Below, piece after piece: positions 24,601 to 36,462 of a stretch of 64,000 bases of DNA (position 1 is its first letter; each line of letters opens with the position of its first letter). The notes below the pieces were generated by a model. The model saw only the letters and a list, made by a program, of their open reading frames with translations, did no database searches and was not told the DNA's origin. Location of the stretch: the NCBI GenBank assembly GCA_036785375.1, contig JAWMAR010000363.1:1116001-1180000 (forward strand), read 5' to 3'. The stretch is from Leucoraja ocellata. Taxonomy: Eukaryota. Both the position numbers and the translations under genes were made by a program.

Positions 24601-25206
24601 GCAAATGTAAATATATAGCCAGAGACTATTACACAAGTAATTGATGCCTTCACAGGACGTGCAGTTTTACACAACAACATTTTAATCTATTAATAGGTTT
24701 CTATTCATCCTATATGGATTAATGATCCATACCAATTGCCTGTGATATGCTGAAGTGTATCATTATATTCTTTGCGGTCAGAGTTTAGTTGTTAGTCATT
24801 ATCCACCCACATGTATAAAAAGGGATTAAGTTTGGGAGACAAACCCTGTGCCACCCTAATAATTGACAGCTGGCTTACAAAATGAGCAATAGGGTTGGCT
24901 TTGCTCTTCCCCTTCTGCACCGTGCATCTGGTGACCTGATTCCGAACAAGGAAGGCAAAAACTGGCTCTTTTCCCAAACCTCGCTGGCCAATCTCCCATC
25001 CATTACATCTGTTCCAATGTTCCCAGGAATTGCCGTTTTGCCCTATTTTGGGAACGAGAAGGTTGCTGACCATCTGTGAAGAATCTTTGCTTGTTTCCTC
25101 TACGTATACGCACGTGTGCTGTCTCTTTATCTCACGGGGCAGAGGGGAAAGAAATTTAAGAAGCAATGTCTCTTAGGAATGAAGACGGCTCTAATTCACT
25201 CTCTGG

Positions 25207-25230
<24 letters not shown>
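25207..25230. repeat. (TA)n microsatellite
   Basis: AT dinucleotide run just before the gap. Confidence 0.9.
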
Positions 25231-25237
<7 letters not shown>

Positions 25238-25242
25238 CACTT

Positions 25243-25403
25243 NNNNNNNNNNNNNNNNNNNNNNNNNNNNNNNNNNNNNNNNNNNNNNNNNNNNNNNNNN
25301 NNNNNNNNNNNNNNNNNNNNNNNNNNNNNNNNNNNNNNNNNNNNNNNNNNNNNNNNNNNNNNNNNNNNNNNNNNNNNNNNNNNNNNNNNNNNNNNNNNNN
25401 NNN
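25243..25403. other. Assembly gap (161 N)
   Basis: Run of N; true size unknown. Confidence 0.99.
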
Positions 25404-28342
25404 TCTTTTATTGTATTGTTTACATATTCTGTTGTGCTGCTGCAAGTAAGAATGTTATTGTTCTACCTGGGACATATGACAATAAAACACTCTTGACTCT
25501 TGGATTGGAATCCAGTGAGCCCAGGGAGGTTCAGACTTCAGCAAAGGATTGTTCTCACATTTGGAGATGCAGCATGGAATTAGGCCCTTCGGCCCAGAAA
25601 GTCCACAATGAACATCGATCACCTGTTCACACTTATTCTACCTCATTCCACTTTTTCATCATCCATTCCCTACACATCAAGAGCGGTTTTCCAGAGGGTA
25701 GCTAACTTACAAACCCTCATATCCTTCGGCTGTGGGAGGAAACCAGAGCGCACGGAGAAAACTCATAGGGAGAACGTGCAAACTCCACACAGGCAGCATT
25801 TGAGGTCCGGGTCAAACCCGGGTTGTAAAAATGTGACGTTTTGGGTCGAGATCTTTCTTCAGACGGCAAAAGATCTCGACCCGAAACGTCACCTATTCGT
25901 TTTCTCGAAAAATACTGCCTGACCCCCTGACCGAACGCAACCGTTCACCACTGCAAAACGCACGATAGACATAAAATGCTGGAGTAACTCAGCGGGACAG
26001 GCAGCATCTCTGGAGAGATGGAATGGGTGACGTTTCGGGTCGAGACCCGTCTTCAAACTACTCGGGAGAAAGGGAAACGAGAGATATAAACGATGATGTA
26101 GAGAGATAAAGAACAATGAATGAAAGATATGCAAAAAAGTAACGATGATAAAGGAAACAGGCCATTGTAAGCTGTTTGTTGGATGAAAATGAGAAGCTGG
26201 TGCGACTTGGGTGGGGGAGGGATGCCCTTTCCCCTGACCAGTCTGAAGCAGGGTCTCGACCGAAACATCACCCATTCCTTCTCCCCAGAGATGCTGCCTG
26301 TCCTGCTGAGTTACTCCAGCTTTTTGTGTCTATCTTCTGTTTAAACCAACATCTGCAGTTCCTTCCTGCACACCCGGGTTTCTGCAGTTGTGAAGCAGTG
26401 GTTCTACCAGCTGTGCCTCCATGCCACCCTCGGTGTGGAGCTGGTTAGGGTTTTTGTTCCATACAGCGTGGAAACAGGCCCTTCGGCCCAACTTGTCCTC
26501 GCCGACCAACACGCCCCATTTACACTCGGACTACTTGCCCACTTTTGAGCCATATCCCTCTAAACCTATCCTTGTACCTGTCCAAATGTTTTCTAAAAGT
26601 TTGTTGCGATCGGTCATATAGTTGATTCAACATTAGATTTATTTGCAAAGGAAAAATAATTGGTCTTTTAAAGAACGGAGGACATTTGTAGATAATATCA
26701 TAGAAAGTAAAGAATACCAACGAAAGAGTTTGTGGTGAATGAATCGAATGACTTCACATTTTATCCTAAAGCTTTCCACATAATATTGTCAGAATTATTT
26801 TGTTATATAGTGGGTGCATTACAAGACCACAACATCCAAGTTCAATTAACTCCCAAAGGTACAGCATTTTCTTGTCGACTCTCAGTTAACACTCAGCTCC
26901 TGGTTAAGATGATTTAGTTACATGAGAGTTTTCCCATTGCCTGGGTGTGGAGCGATCGGAGACTAGAGATTGTTTTCCTTTTTTTTTATCAGTGTTTATC
27001 TTTGAAAGTTGAAAACTATAGGTTGTGCATTCAGTTTAGAGCCTTCATTCAGGACATCCTGCCCTGTCGTTAGGCTGTAATTACACTATAATAAGCTCTT
27101 TCTATTATAGACTGATCCTAATCTGTTTACAAAGTGAGTACTGTTTGATACTGTGTGCCCATGTCTGTTGCCTTGGTTACGCACTGGCCCTATTTTCTTC
27201 CAATTCAGCCGGCGCTGTGGGCCATTTTGTGCCTGTTGTGAACACAAAATGGAGGCCTTCGCCATGGGAACCCCTCCCCCCCGCACAAGTTTTATTGGGG
27301 TGGGGGGAATGGAAGGGAGGAGTATTTGACCAATATTTTGGTCGTCACATTTACCGAGTGTGTGAAGATAAGAAAACGTGCTGAAAAGATGACTAGAATT
27401 GGTTCCAGGAATGAGGAATTTCCAGTACGGGTTAGCCAGAAGAAGCTATGCTGGTTCTCCTCGAAGCAAATGTGGCTGAGAGGAGATTTGCCGGAGTTGT
27501 GCATGATCATGGCTGACAAGCGGTAGAGTTGCTGCCTTACAGCATTTGCAGCGCCGGAGAACCGGGTTCGAGCCCGTCTACGGGCGCTGTCTGTACGGAG
27601 TTTGTACGTTCTCCCCGTGACCGTGTGGGTTTTCTTCGTACAGGTATGTTGGTAAATTGGCTTGGTATAAGTGTAAATTGTCCCTAGTGTGTGTGTAGGA
27701 TAGTGTTAATGTGCATCGATCGCTGGTCGGTGCGGACTTGTTGGGACGAAGGGCCTGTTTCCGCACTGTATCTCTAAACAAAACTAAAACAACTGGTGGG
27801 TCAGGTAGCATCTCTGGAGAAAAAAGAATGTGTGATGTATACCTGCAGTATTCACATGTGAATTGGTGTTGTAGATGCAGCTGCCATTCATTGTGTTTGA
27901 TTTTTGATTGTTAAAGATGTGTTTTATTACAGAATTCAAAGGAAAGATCTATCACTATTTTTCTCACTCATGTTATTCCCATGCTTATGTCATCACTATG
28001 CATTGTTTCCTTGAGCACATCCTTCATAGCCATACCCTTGATAATGTCTTCACTCGTTGCTGTTTTGCACAGGATCTCACTCCCCCAGACAAAATCCATC
28101 TGCTGATTTGAAAAATAAACGTCGCAAATAGTTGGAAAAAATTAAATCGACAGAAATTGAGCTTTTAAAAGGTCAAAAAATACAAGAGGTTGTTGTACTT
28201 TTAGCTGATGGCACTAACACATAACACATTGAAGACATTATAAAAATTAGAGCTTTATGCAACTAAGAATGCCTCTTCCTTTTACAAGCACTTTCGAAGT
28301 TGAGTTCAATTATTGATGCCTTTATGGACTGTGGGATTTTAG

Positions 28343-28750
28343 AAACATAGAAACATAGAAAATAGGTGCAGGAGTAGGTCATTCGGCCCTTTGAGCCTGC
28401 ACCGCCATTCAATAGGATCATGGCTGATCATCCAACTCAATATCCTGTAACTGTCTTCACTCCATACCCCCTGATCCCTTTAGCCACAAGGGCCACATCT
28501 AACTCTCTCTTAAGTATAGCCAATGAATTGGCCTCAATTACCTTCTGTGCAGAGAGCTCCAGAGATTCACCACACTCTGTGTGAAAAATGTTTTTCTCAT
28601 CTCAGTCCTAAACCTTTATCCTTAAACTGTGACCCCTTGTCCTGGACTTCCCCAACATCGGGAACAATCTTCCTGCATCTAGCCTGTCCAACCCCTTAAG
28701 AATTTTGTAAGTTTCTATAAGATCCCCCCCTTCAATCTTCTAAATTCTAG
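28343..28750 (-). mobile_element. CR1-clade LINE 3' fragment with short tandem tail
   Basis: AGAAACATAGAAACATAGAAAATAGG tail; reverse strand encodes a DLIETYKILKGLDRLDAGRLFPMLGKSRTRGHSLRIK-like remnant. Confidence 0.82.
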
Positions 28751-31475
28751 CGATTTTGGTTTTACAAAAATTGTGTGGGATTCTATAAACATTGCAGAAT
28801 CTTCTTGGATTTTGGAGACAGGTGTGTGATCATGTAGGATTTGTGCAAGGGATTTTAGGGACTTCTTTTAGCTTCTTCAATGGCTAATACTTGCCTCCTT
28901 CGACAATCTATTCACCTGTCTTAACAGCTCACCTCCTCGGAGACCCAAGAGCTGGTCAGACTATAGAGAAGCCACAGGCTTTGTTCTAAGTGTAGGGAGG
29001 AACTGCAGATGCTGGTTTACACTGAAGATAGACACAGTATGCTGAAGTAACTCAGTGGATCAGGCAGCATCTCTGGAGAATCTTGGTGACACTTCAGGTC
29101 GAGGCCCGTTTACAGACTCTGAAGAAGGGTCTCGACCTGAAACGTAACCTATACCTTTTCTCCAGAGATGCTGCCTGACCCATGAGTTATTTCAACATTT
29201 TGTGCCTTTCTACAATCAGTCTTATCGACTGAATGTGTGAAGCAACTTTTTTTTCGTGCAAATCCCTGGATTTCTGACTCTATTCTTGTAATTGGATTCC
29301 AAGATTGTTATTTTTTTGTGGGAAAATGTTCCTGTTCACAGGAGTTCCAGGAGGAGTACTCCCTTTGTGAATTTGTCTCTTCGCCTTGTCCCCCATCCCG
29401 ACACCTATTGTACCTAACGTCAGCTATTCCTTTCCTCCAGAGATGCTGGCTGAGCCGCTGAGTTACTCCAGCATTTTGTGCCTTTCTTCGGCTGTGTTCT
29501 AAGCTTGGGTCAGGAGCATGACCACATATTGTGTGTTGTTCTGGTCGCCTGGCTCTAGGTTCCCGGTTTCCTCCCCCACTCCAAAGATGTACAGGTTTGT
29601 AGGTTAATTGGCTTCGGTAAGTTGTAAACTTGTCCCTACTGTGCAGTATAGTGTTGCGGCACGATGGCTGGTCGGCACGGACTCCGTGGGCTGAAAAGCC
29701 TATATCTCTAAAGTCTAAAAGATTCACAAAGCTGGACGGCTTCAGAATTAAGGAGAGACTGGCTAGGCCGCAACTATTTTGCCTGGAGTGTAGGAGGTTA
29801 AGGGGTGACCTTCTGCACATATAAAAGCATGAGGGGCTTTGGTAGGTGAATGTTCATCTGTTGTGAATCTGTGGATTTCATTGCCCAGATGTCTGTAGAG
29901 TCCTCATCGTTGGGCATTTTTAAAGCAGAGATTGACAGATTTTTGATCAGTAAGGGTGTCAAAGGTCACGGTGAGAAGGCAGGGGAATGGGGTTGAGAGA
30001 AGGTGATTGGTGGAATGATGCCAAGACCATCACTTATCTACCAAAGATAGGCTCAAAATGCTGGAATAACTCAGTGGGAAAAGCAGCATTTCTGGAGAGA
30101 AGGAAAGGTTGATGTTTCTGGTCGAGTTACTCCAGCTTTTTGTGTCTATCTTTGGTAGATAAGTGATGGTCTTGGCATCGGGTATTGTGGGCCGAGTGGC
30201 CTGTTCTTGTGCCGTGCTGTTTGTTCTTTGAGACGGCTCAATATCACCTTCATAAGGACATTTAAGAGATGGGTGTCAGATTCTTACCGCGCCAACTCTG
30301 CCCGCATCCTGTGAGAGGATAAACAAATCTTTAGCGTCTGCCAAGCCAGTCTCGTGAACCAAAGACAGGAATCAAATGTGAAAGCCGCCAAGGCTGGGTG
30401 GCAGTCTCGGTTTCATACCACAAGGAATGTTTACCCCATTGAGTCAAAGGAACCATTACACGCGGCTGAGTAAACAATCAATCAACAGGAGAGCGTCAGG
30501 TTCATCCAGAAAAACATTCCAATCATTCCGTGCGTATTTTATCTAGCCGTGATCTTCCACATTGTTTCAAGCTAACATTTCAACACACGGCTTTGTCACT
30601 GGGATTCTGGAGGCTGCCTCGATCCGAGTGCAACAAGATGGCCGTGGCGTATTGCAAACAAACCCTTCACGCATCGTGTTCAACAACCTGCTTCAATCCC
30701 GTGGCCCCAGCAGCCAGTCATGAACTTGTACAGCACGGAACCAAGCTCCTCGACCCAACCCGTCCACACTGCTCAAAACGTGTGGGAAGGAACAGCAGAT
30801 GCTGGTTTAAACCAAAGATAGACTAAATGCTGGAGTAACTCAGCGGGGCAGGCAGTGTCTCTGGAGAAAAGGAATAGATGACATCTTGGTTCGAGAGCCT
30901 TCATCAGACTAGTTAGGGAAAAGGGGAAACGAGAGATAGGGCCCCCACCCAAGCTGCACCAGCTTCTCCTTTTCACCCAACAAACAGATAACACTGGCCT
31001 GTTTCCTTTATCATCGTTACTTTTATTCATTGTTTTTTATCTCTTTACATCATCGTTTATATCTCTCGTTTTCCCCTTTTCCCTAACTAGTCTGAAGAAG
31101 GGTCTCGACCCGAAACATCACCCATTCCTTCTCTCCAGAGATGCTGCCAGTCCCGCTGACTTACTCCAGCATTTTGTGTCTATCTTCGGATTAAAGCAGC
31201 ATCTGCAGTTTCTTCCTACGCATCACTTACATACCTACACACAGCCCACATCCCTCCATTTTCTGCATATTCATGTTCCTATTCCCAAGTCTTTGAGATG
31301 TCACTAACATATCTGCTTCACCCACCACTCTGGGCAGCGTGTTCCAGGCACTTGCCACCCTCTGTGTAACAATTGTAGGCCATGAGATGAAGGTATTGCC
31401 ATTGCACGATTGGTTTCGGTGTATTTTTCAATTGAAAGATACAGCTTGGAAGCAGGCCCTTCAGTCCATCGAGTC

Positions 31476-31700
31476 TGTTGTGTATTTGGATGCTTGGAAC
31501 AGACTTCAATAAGGTTCGGACACGGGAGTAATCTTACAAGCTACTTTATTGCAGGACGCCACCTTGAGTCTCCTCGTGCACATGCGTACTTGCACAAGAC
31601 ATCACAAGACACTAATTACATATGCTAATTATCACATACCTAACACTCCTCCCCCTTTAACTTGGTGACAGGTAACACCATTTCTATTACATGCCTAACA
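31476..31700 (-). mobile_element. 225-bp miniature LTR-type element (16-bp LTR-start copy, TGG-initiated short hairpin, PPT, 170-bp LTR)
   Basis: TG..CA termini; 5-bp TSD GAGTC at 31471-31475 and 31701-31705; purine tract AAAGGGGGAGGAG abutting TGTTAG; AATAAA within the LTR. Confidence 0.75.
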
Positions 31701-31727
31701 GAGTCCATGTTGACCACACCCCTTAAC

Positions 31728-32771
31728 TAGCAATGTTACAAAATGTTGAGATTTTAAAAATCAAGTCTGCAATTTATCCCATCAGATAAAGCATAAAAAT
31801 AAGTTTAATTTGACACCTAATTCACTTTCATAACTCGAGTATTAAACAAGTTATGGCCATTTTCATACTCGGAAATTAGCATCTTGTTCCCTATTGATTT
31901 TCTATGGACATAACAAAAAAGCTGTGATCGTGGACAGTCAAAAGCCCATAACTTTCTTAAAAATTAAGAGAACTGAATGAAATTTTCAGTTATCATAGAT
32001 TGAAGCATTCTGAAACAAATATAAAACAATCTTACTTGGATGACCTGAAATTAAAGCATATAATTAGTTAGTTACCCAATTGTAGCTAATTCCAAACTTC
32101 AATTACTAGATCTAAACATCTATCCATTTCTTAAGAAAAGATTAACATTTTTAAATAGCCTAAGTGTCCAAATAACATTCACAAAGAATTCACAATAAAA
32201 CATGATTTTTAAATCTCATTAACATTAATTTATAGGCCAAATGGAAGGAATTTAGTGTTCAATTGCTGTAAATTAATGGCCATTTAAATCAGCTTTCGAG
32301 TGGGATCCGGTGGAACGCGCTGGTTTAGAACGTTCACATTGCGGTAGATTTGTGCCCCATATGCCCAGAAAAATACTGCGGGATTTAATGGGCCCCCAAA
32401 TTAGCTACTCGCAACATAAAACTTTGTATAAATCTTAATCTTAAGAAGCCCTTTTTAATGTAAAAATAAACAACCTACCTTCCGTTGTCCCCTGTATGAG
32501 ATCCGGCCCGTTGTCGGTGGTCGCGGGTTTAGAGGTTAATTTTTAACTTACTATAATAATTAAATAAACCCGTAAAATGTAAAAATAACCCCAGCGAGTG
32601 AAACTCGAAGCGATTTTTCGTCAGCAACTTAGTAAGCTGAACAAGCTCGATTTGAACAGCCTAGGGAAAATTGCGTTTTAAACCCGCCCCCCTCTAAACG
32701 GCGCCATAATCGCACACACGGGCTGGGACAGATCTTCAGCGACGCTTAAGGTAGGTTTTGCAACATATCTA
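31728..32771. mobile_element. 1044-bp non-autonomous DNA transposon, superfamily unassigned
   Basis: Imperfect 16-bp TIRs TAGCAATGTTACAAAA / TAGATATGTTGCAAAA (rc); 7-bp TSD CCTTAAC at 31721-31727 and 32772-32778; no ORF. Confidence 0.78.
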
Positions 32772-35280
32772 CCTTAACCAGTTCTACACTATCCCAGTTT
32801 TACATCCACTTCCCACACACTAAGGGCAATTATCCTACAAACCCCGCGTATCATTGGGAGGTGGGAGGAAATCGGAGCGCCCGGAGGAAACACAAGCGGT
32901 GACAGGGAGAACGTACAAACTCTTACGCACAGCACCCGAGGTCAGGATCGAACCCTGGTCTCTGGCGCTGTGAGGTAGCAGTAGCTCTACCAGTTGCGCC
33001 ACTGGGTATTCTGGGATTTTGAGCCAGGAATGTAATTCTAAATCAGACTGTTGTGTGACTGCTGCCCTTTTGTGTCTGGCTCAATCAATATACTGGAAGG
33101 GAAATGTGCTTAACCTTCTGTCCAGAAAATGTCAGGACTTTAGAATAGGTTATCTGCACTAATTTCTACCCAAGCAGTGATCAAAGGATATTTTAACACT
33201 GTCCTGACCGACACACCAAAATGGGCAGTTAACTGAGGTACTGAGAGATTGCCCGTGTCTGAGATACTCCATCCCGTGTGCCTGCAGTTTCTTCATTCCA
33301 TCCTACAGTACTGGAGATTTCGATATCTTTTCGGATGTAACACTATATAGGATAGTAAAGTTCTCACTATATTGGCAAAGCACCAAACCACTGATATTGA
33401 GGGGAAATTTGAGCAGAGACTGGGAGCAGTTTGTGGTTTAACAGCTTGATGTTTCGATGAATGCCGAGCCCATTTGTACAATGCTCAATTGCTCCTTTTT
33501 CCAAGATGTCACGCCAGGTCTTGGACGAAATCACTAGGATAGCTGAGCAACGCAGTGACTCAATGGTAGTGTTACTCCAGCACTTTGTGTCTATCTTTGA
33601 TTTAAACCAACATCTGCAATTTACACCAAAGATAAGCCAATGTTTATGCCATCTACTATTCTTTGTTTCTACCTCCACTGACATTTTGGTCCATATACCC
33701 AACTGTGTGAAATAGTTGCCCCTTAAGTTCCCATGAAATCTTTCGTTTCTCGCTTAAACTTGTGATCCTTTCAAAATGATTCTCAAGATTTTGGTGTCGC
33801 TGTCAATACAAGTATTTCTTTGTCATTTTCTATTGTCTTTTGAGAGGGTGATGATGAGTCGTTTGCATTATTTGAACTCTTCTGCTGAATGTTCTCCCAC
33901 ATTACCTTTGAGTTGGGACTTCCAGGATTCAGATGCAGCGACAATGATACAATGGTTATATATTTCCACGTATGACTGAGTGGAATCGTCAAGGCCGGAG
34001 CTGCACATGCATCTGAAGCAACTTTCCTCCTTTGCGGGAGTGGCGGTGGGGTTGAGAGGTGATTGAATGAACTGGAAGATACCGGGTCCACGCCGACCAT
34101 CGATCACCCGTTCACACTAGTTCTATGCTATCCCACTTTCTCATCCACCCTGTGCCCGTTAGGGGCAATTTACAGAGGCCAACTTCACCTACAAACCCAC
34201 ACATCTTTGGGACATGGGAGGAAAGCGGGGCAAACACACGCAGTCACAGGGCGAGCAAGCAATCTCCACGCAGACGGCACCCGAGGTCAGGATCGAACCC
34301 AGTTCACTGGCGGCTGTGAGGCAGCGGTTCTACCTGCTGCGCCACTGCGCTGCCACGGTGGGGCCATTCTGTAGCTGGCACAGTGGTGGCGGAGGGAGTG
34401 AATGCCCCGAGCAGTGGTGAGGTGCCAATCGAAGCGGTGGCTTGCGATTTGGCCAAAGTAGTTCCGTTTCTCAGTGAGGCATGTTGTGTTGCGGTCGGCT
34501 GTCAGCCAACACAGTGAGAGGAAACTGTGGCTCCTCTAGTGGGTTGGAGTTTGCTGACTTCTGCTGAGTGTTGAGTTTTCACATCGATCTCCCATCCGAA
34601 CTGTTTGCTGCACAAACCACAAACTGTACTGTGTGGTAAAGTGGAGTAAGGTTGAAAGATGAACACAGTGAGTATTTCTGCAAAGCCCAGGCAGCCTGCT
34701 TTTACTGAAGGAACTCGGGGTCATGAGTACAGATGCGTTTTAAAATCTATTCATTTATATTTTGTTCTGATCCTGGACAATGCCAACATTTATTGCCCAT
34801 CCATAATTGCCCTTGAAAAGGGCTACCATCTTCAATATGTGGCGCAGTGGTAGAGTTGCTGCCTTACTGGGCCAGGGACCTGAGTTTGATCCTGTCTGCG
34901 GGTGCTGTCTGTACGGTGTTTGTACATTCTCCACGTGACCTGCGTGGGTTGTCTGCGGGTGCTCAGATCAGTGTGGACTCTTTGGACTTTTAGGTTTTAG
35001 TGATACGGCATGGAAACAGGCCCTTTGGCCCATCGAGTCCACACTGACCAGTAATCACCTTGTACACTAACACTATCCTACACACTAGGGACAATGAACA
35101 ATTTTACCATAGCCAATTAACCAACAGTCCTGTATATCTTTGGAGTGTGGGAGGAGACATTTTTAAATAGCCTAGCACCCGGAGAAAACCCACGCGATCC
35201 CAGGAAGATCTTGCAAACTCCATGCAGTTAGCACCCATAGTCAGGATCGAACCCAGGTCTCTGGCAGCAACTCTACCACT

Positions 35281-36236
35281 GGTACACAAAATGCTGGAGA
35301 AACTCAGCGGGTGCAGCAGCATCTATGGAGCGAAGGAAATAGGCGACGTTTCGGGCCGAAACCCTTCTTCAGACTGGTGGGGGGGAGAAGGAAGGAAAAA
35401 GGGAGGAGGAGGAGCCCGAGGGCGGGGGGGATGGGAGGAGACAGCGCGAGGTTTAAGGAAGGGGAGGAGACAGCAAGGGCTAGCAAAACTGGGAGAATTC
35501 AACGTTCATGCCATCCGGACGCAAGCAACCCATGCGGAATATGAGGTGCTGTTTCTCCAATTTCCGGTGTTGCTCACTCTGGCAATGGAGGAGACCCAGG
35601 ACAGAGAGGTCAGATTGGGAATGGGAGGGGGAGTTGAAGTGCTGAGCCACCGGGAGTTCAGGTAGGTTATTGCGGACTGAGCGGAGGTGTTCGGCGAAAC
35701 GATCGCCCAACCTCCGCTTAGTCTCCCCGATGTAAATCAGCTGACATCTAGAGCAGCGGATGCAGTAGATGAGGTTGGAGGAGATACAGGTGAACCTTTG
35801 TCGCACCTGGAACGACTGCTTGGGTCCTTGAATGGAGTCGAGGGGCGAGGTGAAGGGACAGGTGTTGCATTTCTTGCGGTTGCAACGGAAAGTGCCCGGG
35901 GAGAGGGTGGTACGGGAGGGAAGGGAAGAATTGACAAGGGAGTTGCGGAGGGAGCGGTCTTTGCGGAATGCAGACATGGGGGGAGATGGGAAGATGTGGC
36001 GAGTGGTGGGGTCACGTTGGAGATGGCGGAGGATTATTTGTTGTATTTGCCGGCTGGTGGGGTGAAAGGTGAGGACTAGGGGGACTCTGCCCTTGTTGCG
36101 AGTGCGGGGATGGGGAGAGAGAGCAGTGTTGCGGGGTATGGATGAGACCCTGGTGCGAGCCTCATCTATGGTGGACGAGGGGAATCCCCGTTCCCTGAAG
36201 AACGAGGACATTTCCGATGCCCTGGTGTGAAACTCT
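35281..36236 (-). mobile_element. Penelope-like retroelement 3' portion (post-RT linker, GIY-YIG endonuclease, hammerhead-bearing terminus)
   Basis: Uninterrupted frame FRERGFP..VPLVLTFHP..GTFRCNRKKCNTC..NLIYCIRC..IYIGETKRRL..RFAEH..VAQHFN. Hammerhead motif CTGAAGA..GAAACGTC at 35372-35345. The ORF N-terminus beyond ~36236 is unrelated repeat sequence. Confidence 0.92.
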
Positions 36237-36462
36237 ACCACTGTGCTGACTTGGTGGGCTAAAGGACCTATTTCCAATGCTGTTATCTCTAAACTAAGCA
36301 CTAAAGGGAATAAGTTTAAGATGAGAGGGGAACGATTTAATAGGAACCTGAGGCTACCTTTTTCCACACAGCGTTTGGTGTGTATGTGGCATGAGCTGCC
36401 AGAGGAAGTAGAAACAAGGAACTGCAGATGCTGGTTCACAATAAAAAGGCACTAAATGCTGG

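Larger units (their letters stand above)
31430..33003 (-). mobile_element. V-SINE interrupted by two nested insertions
   Basis: Removing both inserts and one copy of each TSD restores a contiguous SINE. Confidence 0.8.

Noticed and set aside
25116-25705. ORFs spanning the N run
   Set aside because: Artefacts of translating the assembly gap.
28926-28990. Acceptor-like ttaacag followed by SPPRRPKSW
   Set aside because: No TLE similarity or strong donor, and the frame runs into a repeat.
35480-36439. 319-aa ORF as a host gene or intact element
   Set aside because: Chimeric: the N-terminus reads through unrelated repeats and the rest is a 5'-truncated Penelope lacking RT.
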